Assembly: GCA_035631115.1 (NCBI GenBank)
Contig: DASQJJ010000006.1
Location: 11,551 to 75,550 of the forward strand
DNA length: 64,000 nucleotides
Direction of reading: 5' to 3'
Source: Candidatus Eiseniibacteriota bacterium
GTDB lineage: Bacteria; Patescibacteriota; Microgenomatia; Levybacterales; UBA12049
Below, one piece after another: positions 25,768-36,364 of the stretch (its first letter is position 1; every line of letters starts with the position of its first letter). The translations under genes and the position numbers were made by a program. The notes under the pieces were generated by a model. That model was given only the letters and a program-made list of their open reading frames with translations, ran no database searches and had not been told where the DNA came from.

Positions 25768-28426
25768 CTCCCAACCATAGTAAAAATCCACCCAAGGAAA
25801 ATATTGTTACAAAAAATCCAAGCAGAAATGTCTTTGAAAAAAATGAAAAAACATAGGTGTGTTGTCCCGGCCTTGTCTTAACTTCTAAAAATCTATTGTT
25901 TTCCAAGTGAGCTTTTTTCCCATCAATAGTAACACTCCACCCGGGGTAATAACTTTCCAAAAGTGAAAGAATCGCAGGCTGATCACTCCCTTCTCTAATT
26001 GTTATTGTATTTACTCCAAAAGAGGCTATTGTTTTTTTTATTACCTCTCCTTTATTTGTAATAAGTTGTGAGAATGGGCGCGCATCATGCACTTTGAATA
26101 TTATTGTGTCCTCATTTACATACGCCTTAGTAGAATCCCACGGAAGACTTGTGACAATATTGTGCGGAGAAATTACGTATCCTGGCAATATATCGTGATA
26201 TGTAGATGGTGGAGGATAAGAAACATGAGTATAACTGCTTACCAAACTATTCTTAAGCAGCAATCCATAATTTGTATTGAGAAGGAGTGTATTATACTGA
26301 TATGCCAAGTCATAGGGTACAAGATGAATATTATTTACAACTAGCACGAGAGATTGATTAGCATTATCCTTTTGTATCCATTTAAAAACATCCGAGTAGA
26401 GAGGGTAATTCAATGTGTCAATTTTTTGATCTGTAACCAACTGGGGCTTTATTAAAATAGTCTCAAAGAAAATGATGGCTACCACAAGATTTAATACGAG
26501 AACAACAAGTATCAATATTTTTCTTTTACTTAGAAAGTCACGACAGAATAGTCCAAAGAAAAGAAGAAGAATCACAGAAAGATAAGCAAAGATTCTACTT
26601 GGGACTCGATAGTACTGCAAAAAACTAACTGCACTAACTAACCAATGAAAAGGATTCCATTTCCACGCAGGCATGGAAATAGAAATAAAGAGCAAGAAGA
26701 GAATGGGTAGCAAAATATACTTTCTGCTCAATACGATTTTTCTTTTAAGGAATACCCACACAAAACCTAAAAGGGTAAATGGACCAATAAACGAAATTTT
26801 CTCCAAATCTCCCCATGCTGTAGATATATATTGTTTCAAATTAACAGCGGCAAATGGAGCATCAAACGGAATAAAAATATACCTAAGCATTCCAACGATA
26901 TTCATGCTTCCAGTAAAAGGATCTCTGCTTTTCTCAAGATAGTTTGTCAATTCAAGATAGGGAATAATTTTTACTGATGCAAAAAGAAGAAAAAACAAAA
27001 CAGAAATTCCCAGATAGACTGATGCCCTTTTATCTTTAAAAAGAAAAAAGATAAGGATTACCCCCAATCCATACAGAGTATACGTTGCTGTGTATGTTTC
27101 TCCAGAAAACAAGAATAGTGCGATTTCTAATCCCGCGACTCCTGACCAAAATAGATTTTTTTTATCTATTACTTTTTGCAATGAAAAAATCACAAATGGC
27201 AATAATGGATACGATAGTGTTTTTTCAATTTGCCCAGTATCTAATTTTGCTGCTAGATAAGAACTCGATGCATATGTCAGCGCAATAAACAAAGATAAAT
27301 ATGAAGAGTTAAGATACCTTTTCGTAAGTATATACATAGATTCACAGGCAAAAAATATAACAAGAAGGTACATAATTTTTAATGCAGTATCGTAGGGAAA
27401 TACAAGAAGAGGAATAGCAACCAACGGGTTATATACTCCATAGAGAGGATCTGCAACAGTAGGTATTCCCTGAACAACATATGGGTTCCATAAGGGAAAG
27501 GCATGATGTTGTAAGAGAGAGTTTTTAAAATAAAGATGAGGAACATCATTTCCATTCAAGTCATTCGCCCTTACGACATGCGTTGTTAGGAGAATGGGGC
27601 TTAGAATGATAATACTAAAAAGGAAAAATAATACGTGTAAACCAAATGCGCGTACATATTTATTTTTTATCTCGAAAAATATGGGTATTTTTTCATCCTC
27701 TTTGGTTATGGAGATTCTTTTTTTGGAACTTTTTCTTCGTGAATACACTATTAGCGCGATTGTCCTAACAATTTTTTGTATTGTATCTTGTATTGTTGTA
27801 TCTAGTTTTTGACCATTTCTTTTATTGAGCACGTAAAGAAAGTAAACAAACAAAGGAATAAGATAGATACTCGACAATACGAGCGAATCTGGATTAGAAA
27901 AAAGCATGCGCGTTCTCTTAAAAAATAAGAATAAAAAGTCTTTTGGAGAATATAAGAATTGCTTGGAGTATACATATTTACTTGTAAAGAAATCTCCCAC
28001 ATTCAGAGTATTCGGAGAAGCATTTGGTATTGTTGTAACAAACTCATATTGTCTTCCCTTTGAATTTGTAATTGAAGGAAATCCAAATACAAGAAAACCC
28101 TTTTCATTTACCTGATTTACCTCTGTTTGGGTAGAGTAAAACGAATGTGAATTATTTTTTTCTCTTAGTGCAAATGTAATCAGACCGCGGCCAGTACTAT
28201 TTGGCTTTATCTCCCCTACAACTCTTATAGCAATAATACCTAAGTTATTTTCCTCTGCAATAAATGATCCAGTTGTTCTATTGGCCTTATCATTTTGTTG
28301 AGATAAAGAATGCTTATACACAATTATGGTAAAAGGACTATAGGGATTAATAAAAATAGCGGCAAAAAACCAAAAAATGATGTAAATAAATATTGCGAGA
28401 AATTGTAATCTATATTTTGTGATCAT
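25724..28426 (-). CDS. YfhO-like polytopic membrane glycosyltransferase candidate with extra N-terminal TM + beta-rich domain
   Basis: 900 aa. The N-terminal ~230 aa (…ENNLGIIAIRV…FGFPSITNSKGRQYEFVT…) is paralogous to the standalone 28442..29554 protein. This is followed by a multi-TM core and a C-terminal SYYPGWSVTIDGKKAHLENNRFLEVKTRPGQHTYVFSF plus TM anchor, the YfhO hallmark. Confidence 0.55.
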   Translation of the reverse strand: MITKYRLQFLAIFIYIIFWFFAAIFINPYSPFTIIVYKHSLSQQNDKANRTTGSFIAEENNLGIIAIRVVGEIKPNSTGRGLITFALREKNNSHSFYSTQTEVNQVNEKGFLVFGFPSITNSKGRQYEFVTTIPNASPNTLNVGDFFTSKYVYSKQFLYSPKDFLFLFFKRTRMLFSNPDSLVLSSIYLIPLFVYFLYVLNKRNGQKLDTTIQDTIQKIVRTIALIVYSRRKSSKKRISITKEDEKIPIFFEIKNKYVRAFGLHVLFFLFSIIILSPILLTTHVVRANDLNGNDVPHLYFKNSLLQHHAFPLWNPYVVQGIPTVADPLYGVYNPLVAIPLLVFPYDTALKIMYLLVIFFACESMYILTKRYLNSSYLSLFIALTYASSSYLAAKLDTGQIEKTLSYPLLPFVIFSLQKVIDKKNLFWSGVAGLEIALFLFSGETYTATYTLYGLGVILIFFLFKDKRASVYLGISVLFFLLFASVKIIPYLELTNYLEKSRDPFTGSMNIVGMLRYIFIPFDAPFAAVNLKQYISTAWGDLEKISFIGPFTLLGFVWVFLKRKIVLSRKYILLPILFLLFISISMPAWKWNPFHWLVSAVSFLQYYRVPSRIFAYLSVILLLFFGLFCRDFLSKRKILILVVLVLNLVVAIIFFETILIKPQLVTDQKIDTLNYPLYSDVFKWIQKDNANQSLVLVVNNIHLVPYDLAYQYNTLLLNTNYGLLLKNSLVSSYTHVSYPPPSTYHDILPGYVISPHNIVTSLPWDSTKAYVNEDTIIFKVHDARPFSQLITNKGEVIKKTIASFGVNTITIREGSDQPAILSLLESYYPGWSVTIDGKKAHLENNRFLEVKTRPGQHTYVFSFFSKTFLLGFFVTIFSLGGFLLWLGVTFFVKKSVFLAYL

Positions 28427-28441
28427 ATTTCTCTGGAGATT

Positions 28442-29554
28442 TTATTTCCTATTTCGCCAGATAATTTGTGCTACAGCAATGACAAGGAAAAAGTATGCCC
28501 ACATTGAGGTTTTATTTTCTTGAGCAATATTACCCAGTACAATGTCTAATTCAGAGAGTAGTAGGAAAAGAAGGGCAAATAATAAAGAAATTTTTAATGA
28601 AATCTTATCTTTTACAATTGCAATTATCCAAAACCCAAGAAGTCCTAGCGCAATTCCGTAGTAGATTGATTGGAGAAGAAAAATGTCTGCAGTAATAAGT
28701 GTAATTGTAAAAGATCCCAAGAAACTTCTTTTCAAGTAATTTTGAAGAAGAAAATTTGTGTTTTTTGAACCAACACCAACACCTTTAAGGGTTTTGCCGG
28801 ACAATTGTGAAAGAAAAAAAGCAATATGACGCGATGTATAAAGTAACATAAAAAGTATGTAGTACACCAATGGAAGTATAAAAATTGACGTCGATAGTAA
28901 AACTTGTGGATACATAAAAACAGATACAATCTTTTTATATGGCATGACCATATACAACTTTTTCCCGGATATTTCTTTTTTTGAAAAGATATATCTCGTA
29001 ACAAAAGAATCATGCCCATTAATAATCGCTATAGCATTTGTCTTATCTCCATTAAGAGAGAGTAACTCGAATTCGTATATTTTCCCTTTAGAGCTACCTA
29101 TTTTAGGAAATCCAAACACAATAGATTCATCTTCTCTCAGGGAGCCTACATTATAAATATTCTCGTAATACCAATTTTGTGTGCCCACTTCTTTAATATG
29201 AAATTTTAAGTACAATGGCTCATCAGGCTGTGCAACCAGACTTCGACTAACATGAATTGTTACAATACCAAGATTATCTTCTTGTGACACAAATTCTCCA
29301 ATTACCTTTGTCCCTTTAAGAAGGATGTTATCTTTCGGTAAATGAGTATACTCCTTATTGCTGTGTGGATATATTAAGGTTGTAAATCCTCCCTGCGGAT
29401 TTGCAAATAATGCTCCTGCAAACCATATAAAAAATAATAAAACAGGCACCACAAGCCACAAAAAGATTGTTAATAACAATGATCTATGAGTGATATTATT
29501 TTTTCTTGGCATATTTTTTCGACTGAAATAACATATATGCAATAATTCCCCCAA
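28442..29554 (-). CDS. membrane protein paralogous to the N-terminal module of the 900-aa YfhO-like protein (unknown function)
   Basis: 370 aa; N-terminal TM, domain ...QEDNLGIVTIHVSRS...FGFPKIGSSKGKIYEFELLSL..., then 4-5 C-terminal TM helices; probable true start MPRKNNITH (~29512). Confidence 0.5.
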   Translation of the reverse strand: MGELLHICYFSRKNMPRKNNITHRSLLLTIFLWLVVPVLLFFIWFAGALFANPQGGFTTLIYPHSNKEYTHLPKDNILLKGTKVIGEFVSQEDNLGIVTIHVSRSLVAQPDEPLYLKFHIKEVGTQNWYYENIYNVGSLREDESIVFGFPKIGSSKGKIYEFELLSLNGDKTNAIAIINGHDSFVTRYIFSKKEISGKKLYMVMPYKKIVSVFMYPQVLLSTSIFILPLVYYILFMLLYTSRHIAFFLSQLSGKTLKGVGVGSKNTNFLLQNYLKRSFLGSFTITLITADIFLLQSIYYGIALGLLGFWIIAIVKDKISLKISLLFALLFLLLSELDIVLGNIAQENKTSMWAYFFLVIAVAQIIWRNRK

Positions 29555-31922
29555 CTATTAATAAGGTAGTAATGATTCCAACATAAAATCCTTCCTGTGG
29601 AAGAAAATAAACAGCAACTTTTATGTCTATTGACCCGTCTCTATTTTTCTTATAAAAAGTTGTGTTGTAGTCCCTTTGAATATCTTTTGGATCAATTTTC
29701 CACATATTGTTATATTTTGGGGAAAATATATGTGTTTTTTCAGCTAATCGCGGCTTGAAAAGATAAGATAATTCACTCAGTTGAAACAATCCATCTGCAG
29801 AACTGCATTCAGAAACTCCTTGCATTACTTTAATAATAGAGTTTTTGCATTGAGTGGGCTCCTCATATCTTTCTAGGTATAATTTCCACCCATCATGATA
29901 TGAGTCTAAGAATTGTAATTCATCCACAGACGTAAGGTGCATGTAAACAATATATTTTATGGGACTTATTTTTTGAAAATACCCTTGAGAAAAATGAAAA
30001 AGTATATTTGGCTTTTTTACCGAGTATAATTCGTAGTTACCCGACGAGCTGACAAAAAGCCTTTTGTCTGTAATTTCATCGAGAAAAGTCTTGTCTTGAT
30101 TTTTTAATGAATTTCCACCAGAAAAAAGGTAAGACTTTTTAACTTCCTGGGGAATATTTTTTGTTACCAATACAACATCTATATTATATTTGTAGTAAAA
30201 ATTTCGAAGGCCTTCATAGTCTCTGTTGGCAATAAGATTCCACATCTTCCCAGATTCTTCATGAGAAAAAGACAAGTCTCCGGAAAAATCATTAATTCCT
30301 GTAAAAAATTTTGTTGGTGATGTTCCGGCAAAAACGTTATTTGTTGTGTCATCCTTAACAACTGCATACCCGGCAATATTGAGCGGGAAATTAAGAATAT
30401 TAGCTGTTGGGTCTGTACTTTTCTTAACTTGCATGAGAAATTGTGAATATTCTTGAGGAAAAGAAATAGTCCTGTATATATTGCTTGTTGTCCAAAGAGG
30501 ACTATTTATGGTTCTTTTTAGAGGAATTGCATTAATGACTATTATCAGAAGAGTACACAAAATAATTAAAAAGCTGTATTTCGAAAATTTTCTCAATACA
30601 ATAAAAAGAGAAAATGCAATCAAAAGAGAATATATAAGAATGAATCCTAAAGCAAATTTGTCAAATGCATTTCGAAACATCATAAAGCCGGGAATGTAAC
30701 CCATAAGAAGAAATACTTCCTTTAAAGGCCCTATATTAACCGTATAAAAAAATAATGATAGGAGAAAACCTATTAGTATAAGAAAATACATCTTTTTCTC
30801 TGATGTATTAAGTGCCTTTTTCCAAAGAAAAATTCCTGCAAATACAATACTTACGTAGATTGTATTAAGAAAAAACATTTTGTCGTAAAACGCAATAAAA
30901 ATAGTACGCAAATCCCAATCATGGGTAAATGTTAAGTCTCTATGGAATAAATTAAGAAATGGAAAAGTAATATTACCTGTTGAGGTTTGTACAACTGTAT
31001 CTCTAAATGTGCTTGCCCTATCACTAATTAAGCTTCCAATACTATTCCCTTTTATGAGAAATTGCATAATAAATGGAATAGTCCAATAGGACTGAGATAG
31101 AAAAATACATCCAAAAAAAATAATACTTCGTATAATAAATGTTTTTATTAGTTGTCTATTGAAAAATAGGAGCCCAAAGGGAAGGGTGAGAAAAAGAGGA
31201 AGTAACAACCCCGCAATCCATGGAATACTATAAAATCCTAGAGAAAGAAATATACAAACAACAACTGTTACTACTACATAGGAAAATGTGCCCGTTTTTA
31301 CGTATTTGATAAAATTCCAGGCAATAAATGGAAATAATCCTACAAGCCATGCCGACATAAGAAAAACAGAAAGTTGATTTATAATAAGAATTGGAGAAAG
31401 GATATAGAAAAATGTACTAGTATATTGCTCCACATATGTGGACCTTGGCAATAACTCTTTTATTAATTTTTGGAAATATATAAAGCCTAAAATAATTGGC
31501 AAAGAAAACGACAGGTAATCAATGACAGCCCTAGATTTTATAACTACAAATAGCCCTGACCAAACAAGAGCAAATGGAAAGGAAAAATGATTTGGCGTAT
31601 AGCTTGCAACTGAAGAAAGATTTATCCAAGAAAAAAAAGACATCGCTTTAAGATACTCCCAAGGATATGCATAAATTAACCTTGTATCATCTCCTCCAAC
31701 GAATAATTTTCCTTGAAAAAGATAATACGGTAATGCGAGAAGAATACATATTGTTATACTATTAACAAGAATATTTTTGTATTTTCCAAAAAAGGTAAAA
31801 GTAGTATTCATTCTGAGAACTTTCATATTGTAGCAAAAAAAGGAATATGATACAGTAGTGATCTCACAGACTTTATGAAACATGTTTTGGTAACCGGTGG
31901 AGCAGGATTTATTGGAAGTCAC
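29496..31922 (-). CDS. large polytopic membrane protein, probable GT-C/YfhO-like glycosyltransferase
   Basis: 808 aa; N-terminal loop LFVGGDDTRLIYAYPWEYL; more than 12 TM helices; C-terminal soluble region LDSYHDGWKLYLERYEEP... and terminal TM anchor; true start probably MKVLRMNTT (ATG 31826) or MNTTFTFF (31810) because the annotated N-terminus overlaps the divergent epimerase gene. Confidence 0.5.
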   Translation of the reverse strand: MTSNKSCSTGYQNMFHKVCEITTVSYSFFCYNMKVLRMNTTFTFFGKYKNILVNSITICILLALPYYLFQGKLFVGGDDTRLIYAYPWEYLKAMSFFSWINLSSVASYTPNHFSFPFALVWSGLFVVIKSRAVIDYLSFSLPIILGFIYFQKLIKELLPRSTYVEQYTSTFFYILSPILIINQLSVFLMSAWLVGLFPFIAWNFIKYVKTGTFSYVVVTVVVCIFLSLGFYSIPWIAGLLLPLFLTLPFGLLFFNRQLIKTFIIRSIIFFGCIFLSQSYWTIPFIMQFLIKGNSIGSLISDRASTFRDTVVQTSTGNITFPFLNLFHRDLTFTHDWDLRTIFIAFYDKMFFLNTIYVSIVFAGIFLWKKALNTSEKKMYFLILIGFLLSLFFYTVNIGPLKEVFLLMGYIPGFMMFRNAFDKFALGFILIYSLLIAFSLFIVLRKFSKYSFLIILCTLLIIVINAIPLKRTINSPLWTTSNIYRTISFPQEYSQFLMQVKKSTDPTANILNFPLNIAGYAVVKDDTTNNVFAGTSPTKFFTGINDFSGDLSFSHEESGKMWNLIANRDYEGLRNFYYKYNIDVVLVTKNIPQEVKKSYLFSGGNSLKNQDKTFLDEITDKRLFVSSSGNYELYSVKKPNILFHFSQGYFQKISPIKYIVYMHLTSVDELQFLDSYHDGWKLYLERYEEPTQCKNSIIKVMQGVSECSSADGLFQLSELSYLFKPRLAEKTHIFSPKYNNMWKIDPKDIQRDYNTTFYKKNRDGSIDIKVAVYFLPQEGFYVGIITTLLIVGGIIAYMLFQSKKYAKKK
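31827..31874. promoter_or_regulatory. short divergent intergenic region, expected to carry promoters for the minus-strand 31826..96 operon and the plus-strand 31875..34062 genes
   Basis: 48-bp AT-rich gap between divergent starts (assuming the 808-aa gene starts at 31826); contains tatgat -10-like hexamer; no experimental support. Confidence 0.3.
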
Positions 31923-32831
31923 GTTGTTGATGAATTGTTAGAAAGAAAATATTCCGTTACAGTTTTTGATAATTTAGCTTCTGGAAAAAAAGAATACATT
32001 AATAAGAAGGCAACATTTATCAAAGGTGATGTTTCTCAGAAGAGTCAGGTGGAAAAGTTGTTATCAGGTAGTTCTTTTGATGTAATTCTTCACATAGCGG
32101 GTCAACCATCCATTGTTAATTCATTTACTAATCCAGAGTTGGATTTTGGTACAAACTTTATTGGCAGTGTCAACATGATAATGGGAGCTGTAAAACACAA
32201 CATAGATAGATTTCTCTATGCATCATCAATGACTGTTTATGGAAATCCAATACGACTTCCCATTAGAGAAGAAGATGCGTGTGTTCCTATTAATTATTAC
32301 GGCATTGCAAAGTACGCAGCAGAAAGATTTATTCATACAACCGCTAGTAGAGTGGATTTGGAAAGTCCATTGAATGTAACTTCATTCCGTATGTTTAATG
32401 TATATGGCCCACGACAATCTCTTACTAACCCGTATCAGGGAGTACTTGCTATTTTTATGGGAAACGTCTTAAGAAACGAGCCAATAACCATTTATGGAGA
32501 TGGGAAGCAGGCAAGGGATTTTGTATATGTTAAAGATGTGGCTCGCATGTGGGTTGATGCAATCGAAAACAAGAAAAGTTTTGGGAAGGTATTTAACATT
32601 GGATTTGGACGCCAAACGGGAATGTTAGATCTCGCGAAAACTGTCATACACGCATGTGGAAAAAATTCCAAAACATATCCTATTCTTTTTAAATCAACAC
32701 GGTCTGGTGATCAACGATTTGTTGAAGCAGATATAACAGAGGCAAAGAAATATTTACGTTTTTCACCAACAACTTCTCTAGAGAATGGTATTAAAAAAAC
32801 ACTTGATTGGGCACAAAAGTATGCCAAATAA
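31875..32831 (+). CDS. NAD-dependent sugar-nucleotide epimerase/dehydratase (extended SDR)
   Basis: MKHVLVTGGAGFIGSHVVDEL; catalytic YGIAKYAAERF; SSMTVYGNP. Confidence 0.8.
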   Translation: MKHVLVTGGAGFIGSHVVDELLERKYSVTVFDNLASGKKEYINKKATFIKGDVSQKSQVEKLLSGSSFDVILHIAGQPSIVNSFTNPELDFGTNFIGSVNMIMGAVKHNIDRFLYASSMTVYGNPIRLPIREEDACVPINYYGIAKYAAERFIHTTASRVDLESPLNVTSFRMFNVYGPRQSLTNPYQGVLAIFMGNVLRNEPITIYGDGKQARDFVYVKDVARMWVDAIENKKSFGKVFNIGFGRQTGMLDLAKTVIHACGKNSKTYPILFKSTRSGDQRFVEADITEAKKYLRFSPTTSLENGIKKTLDWAQKYAK

Positions 32832-34062
32832 AAATTTATACAATAATTCATCTATTCTTATTGCAACATTTTCTCCGTGGAAAAATAACATCCGAGCTGC
32901 AACAAATGGCATGATTGAACCAATGCTCTCCTACATGTTGCCCAATTTTAAAGAAACATGGCTTATAGACCAGCCCTATCCGGGAAGTGACAAAATTTTT
33001 CCAACAATAGAGGAATATATTGGCAAAAAGCTGAAAAGAATTGAAAAAACCACTTTTTTTATATTACCTCTTCTCCCTTTTCTTTATTTTACAAATAAAC
33101 CTGGTACACAGATTGCCCACAAAATAAGGGACTTCTTAAGTGTTATTGAAACAGGCTTAAAACGAAAGAAAAAATTTGACATTTTTGTTGGACTGGAAAG
33201 TATAAACGCCCTTGCAGGGATAGTCTTGAAAAAAATGGGACGAGTTTCAACGGTTATCTATTATGTGTCAGACTACTCTCCAAAAAGATTTAATAATACT
33301 TTTATTAACAACTTTTATTTATGGCTCGATAGAATGGCAGCAATGCACTGTGATTACATTTGGGATGTTTCCCCGGCAATGCAACCTGCTAGGATTAGCG
33401 TTGGACTCAATCCTCAAAAGAGCGCACCAATTATTCTTGTACCGAATGCTCTATTTGAGAATCAGCTTATATATGTACCATTTGAAAAAAGAGAAAAAAA
33501 ATCCGTTGTATTTGTAGGTACACTAGGTCTTGAAAATGGGCCTGATATTGCTATAGAAGCATTTAGAGAGGTTGTTAAAAGTATTAAGGATGCCACATTG
33601 CACATTATTGGCGGTGGTGGTCAAGGATTTGAAGCAGAATATTTACAAAAACTAATTAAAAAATATAGTCTTGAAAAAAATGTTATCTTTCATGGCCCTA
33701 TATGGGATTTGCCTAAACTCTCCTCAATGATATCTCACTATCAAATAGGTCTTGCTCCTTACAAAAGATTTGAAGGATCTATACGACTTTATGGTGATGC
33801 AACAAAATTACGCATTTATGCAGCATCGGGTCTGGCAATCATTGCAACAGACGTCCCCCCATTAGGAAAAGAGTTATCTGAAAGGAAAGCAGCTGTAATT
33901 GTAAAAAGTAATAAAGATGCGCTTGCAAAAGCAATTATCCAATTACTAGAAGCGCCACAAAAAATTAAAAAAATGACTGAATATAGTAAAAAATATGCTA
34001 AAAATAATATCTGGGACAATACATACAGAAATGCTTTGTTAGGGATTGAGAAAACTAACTAA
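32785..34062 (+). CDS. glycosyltransferase (GT4-like GT-B, atypical N-domain)
   Basis: C-terminal domain VVFVGTLGLENGPDIAIEAFREV...LHIIGGGG...VIFHGPIWD...IGLAPYK...YGDATKLRIYAASGLAIIATDV. Confidence 0.6.
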   Translation: MVLKKHLIGHKSMPNKNLYNNSSILIATFSPWKNNIRAATNGMIEPMLSYMLPNFKETWLIDQPYPGSDKIFPTIEEYIGKKLKRIEKTTFFILPLLPFLYFTNKPGTQIAHKIRDFLSVIETGLKRKKKFDIFVGLESINALAGIVLKKMGRVSTVIYYVSDYSPKRFNNTFINNFYLWLDRMAAMHCDYIWDVSPAMQPARISVGLNPQKSAPIILVPNALFENQLIYVPFEKREKKSVVFVGTLGLENGPDIAIEAFREVVKSIKDATLHIIGGGGQGFEAEYLQKLIKKYSLEKNVIFHGPIWDLPKLSSMISHYQIGLAPYKRFEGSIRLYGDATKLRIYAASGLAIIATDVPPLGKELSERKAAVIVKSNKDALAKAIIQLLEAPQKIKKMTEYSKKYAKNNIWDNTYRNALLGIEKTN

Positions 34063-34699
34063 TCTCTTTTACAGCAAATATGTGGTACGCATATTTTGGA
34101 AAAAAATATAATATTGGCTCGGAAATAAAAGCAATAATTGCCCATAAAACCCAAGGCTTGTATTGAATCATTGCATGAATACCACGTATATACTTTAGAC
34201 CCCTAAGCCCATATACCCTATATCCTAATGCCTTCAAATCATGTATGTGCCACCCTGACTTATGCTTTTGATGCGGATTTCCAAACAATATCTCCTGAGG
34301 ATAAAATCCGTTGGGAGTCATAATGATAACTCTTTTTTTGGCAATTTTCTCCATTTGCCCTATCATTTTCTGTGCCTCAGTCTTTGTTAGGTGCTCTATA
34401 ACATCTAGAGCAATAACATCGTCAAAACTTTTTTTAGGAAAAAAATTTTGCAAATTTCTAATATCTCCAACTATATATTTATTATGATTTTTTGCCTTCT
34501 TACTTACTTGTATGCAGTCTCTAAAAACATCAATCCCTGTTGACGTAAATGTACCTCTAATTTTCCCCAAAATTGAATTGTATCCACATCCTACATCAAG
34601 CACAGAAGAAGAACCAGCAATGGAGTTTTTGACCGCTTGCTTATAGAACTCATTATTGAAAAATTCAATTACGTTATTTATCTTCATTAGACAGCTCAT
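34055..34699 (-). CDS. class I SAM-dependent methyltransferase
   Basis: VLDVGCGYNSILGKI (motif I) and DVIALDVIEHL (motif II/III). Confidence 0.7.
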   Translation of the reverse strand: MSCLMKINNVIEFFNNEFYKQAVKNSIAGSSSVLDVGCGYNSILGKIRGTFTSTGIDVFRDCIQVSKKAKNHNKYIVGDIRNLQNFFPKKSFDDVIALDVIEHLTKTEAQKMIGQMEKIAKKRVIIMTPNGFYPQEILFGNPHQKHKSGWHIHDLKALGYRVYGLRGLKYIRGIHAMIQYKPWVLWAIIAFISEPILYFFPKYAYHIFAVKEIS

Positions 34700-36362
34700 C
34701 TCGCGTCTGCTCTGTTATATTCTGTAATTTCATTTTTTTAGAATCGTAATAGAATGCATGAATATCATCCCAGCTAAAATGGTAGGTGCTTTTTGCCTCC
34801 TTAAGATGGTCGAAAGATGTGTAGTATCCATATGATACATCATTAACCTTTGTATACCCTTCACTCCCAAGAGTCCATAAATATCCATTAATTAATAATT
34901 GCTTGGGCATTCTGCCCGTATTGTAATACAAGACAGGAACAGAATAACCAAAGCCATGCTGAAATGGAACGGTATTCGTATCCTTCCACCATTTTCTATC
35001 GCTAGTAAAGTAAAACACATTTACATTTTCTTTAAGCGTGGGTAATTCATTAATCAACTGCGCTATAAACCCTTTTCTTTCTGAGGCTATGACAACTTGT
35101 GTTTGTATGTCTTGCTTAATTTCATTGACATGAAGAAACATAAGGTAGACAAATACCAAAGCAAAAGCGAGTTTTAGCGTAAAAAACTTTTTGTTTATTA
35201 AAAAAATGTTCTTTGCAATATATCCGACAAGGATTCCTCCTGCAGCCAAAGGAATGTAATAATATCGAGGCTCCATGTATGCAAAGGTTTTTCCAATAAT
35301 AATATAGGGAATGATGGATAAGAAGAATAAGGAAATAATAAAAAGAACAATATGTCTTGATTTTTTATCAAATTTTATTTCTATTCCAATATATATGAGA
35401 AGTAAAAAAGATCCAATAGTAGAAAGCATGTCCAAAACAACTGTCTCTCCAATAAGGTCAAAATGATCTGTTATGTATGGATAGTAAACTTTCATAAAAT
35501 CATATGCAATAGAAAGTGCGCTGTATTGAGGAATAAACATAAGAGAAAGACTTGTCATCGGATACATAATAAAACGAGCTATCATTGACTGTACAAAAAA
35601 CAATTTCCCCTGATTAATACTTGCATACACAGGGGAATTAAAGAGGTCTCTAGGCGTTAGGGCTGGAATAATAATTTCAACAATACGATACAAAACGAAA
35701 AGGATTATAAAAATTATAAAAGGAGAGAAAATTTTTATATATTTTTTAGTTTCAATCTTTTTTCTAAAAATAAATGGCATAATTGGAAGAAAAGCAAAAA
35801 GAAATATTCCACTTTCTTTGAAATAAAGAGATAAAAGTGCAAAGAAGAGAGATATAAAGGCAAACCTTACTTTATTATTCTCAATAAATAGTAAGAAAAG
35901 ATATATCGATAAAAAAATACAAACTGATGCAGGCTGTAACCCAAAAGACGCTGCAAACCATGTAATTGACTGGTGTGAAACACTATTGAGGGCAAAAAAA
36001 ACTGTTCCTACAAATGCTGCCAATGTATTCTTAAGGAGTTTTTTAATAATCAAATAAACAAGCAGTGAGTTAACAATGTGTAAGAAAATTCCATAGTATG
36101 CATAGGGAGCAGGATTAAAAGAAAACTTTACTGTAAATAGAACCCCAATAAGCCTTGTGAGGGGTCTTGCATCTGCAAACAATATCTGTAAAGGAGACAA
36201 TCCATGAGTAATTGCACCATATCCTAATGCCAGTACTTGTCCAGAACCCAACCATTCATCCTGTTGAAAAAAAGTCTTAGGTAAATCCCAAAAAGTATAT
36301 AAAATTGCTATGCAAATTAAAAGGAAAAGTATCGCGCTTAAAGAAAAAAAATATTTCTTCAT
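34674..36362 (-). CDS. GT-C fold membrane glycosyltransferase (PMT_2/ArnT-like)
   Basis: 562 aa; first loop FFQQDEWLGSGQ...DARPLTRLIGVLFTVKF...YYGIFLHIVNSLLVYLI; about 13 TM helices; C-terminal periplasmic domain. Confidence 0.55.
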   Translation of the reverse strand: MKKYFFSLSAILFLLICIAILYTFWDLPKTFFQQDEWLGSGQVLALGYGAITHGLSPLQILFADARPLTRLIGVLFTVKFSFNPAPYAYYGIFLHIVNSLLVYLIIKKLLKNTLAAFVGTVFFALNSVSHQSITWFAASFGLQPASVCIFLSIYLFLLFIENNKVRFAFISLFFALLSLYFKESGIFLFAFLPIMPFIFRKKIETKKYIKIFSPFIIFIILFVLYRIVEIIIPALTPRDLFNSPVYASINQGKLFFVQSMIARFIMYPMTSLSLMFIPQYSALSIAYDFMKVYYPYITDHFDLIGETVVLDMLSTIGSFLLLIYIGIEIKFDKKSRHIVLFIISLFFLSIIPYIIIGKTFAYMEPRYYYIPLAAGGILVGYIAKNIFLINKKFFTLKLAFALVFVYLMFLHVNEIKQDIQTQVVIASERKGFIAQLINELPTLKENVNVFYFTSDRKWWKDTNTVPFQHGFGYSVPVLYYNTGRMPKQLLINGYLWTLGSEGYTKVNDVSYGYYTSFDHLKEAKSTYHFSWDDIHAFYYDSKKMKLQNITEQTRDELSNEDK

Positions 36363-36364
36363 TA

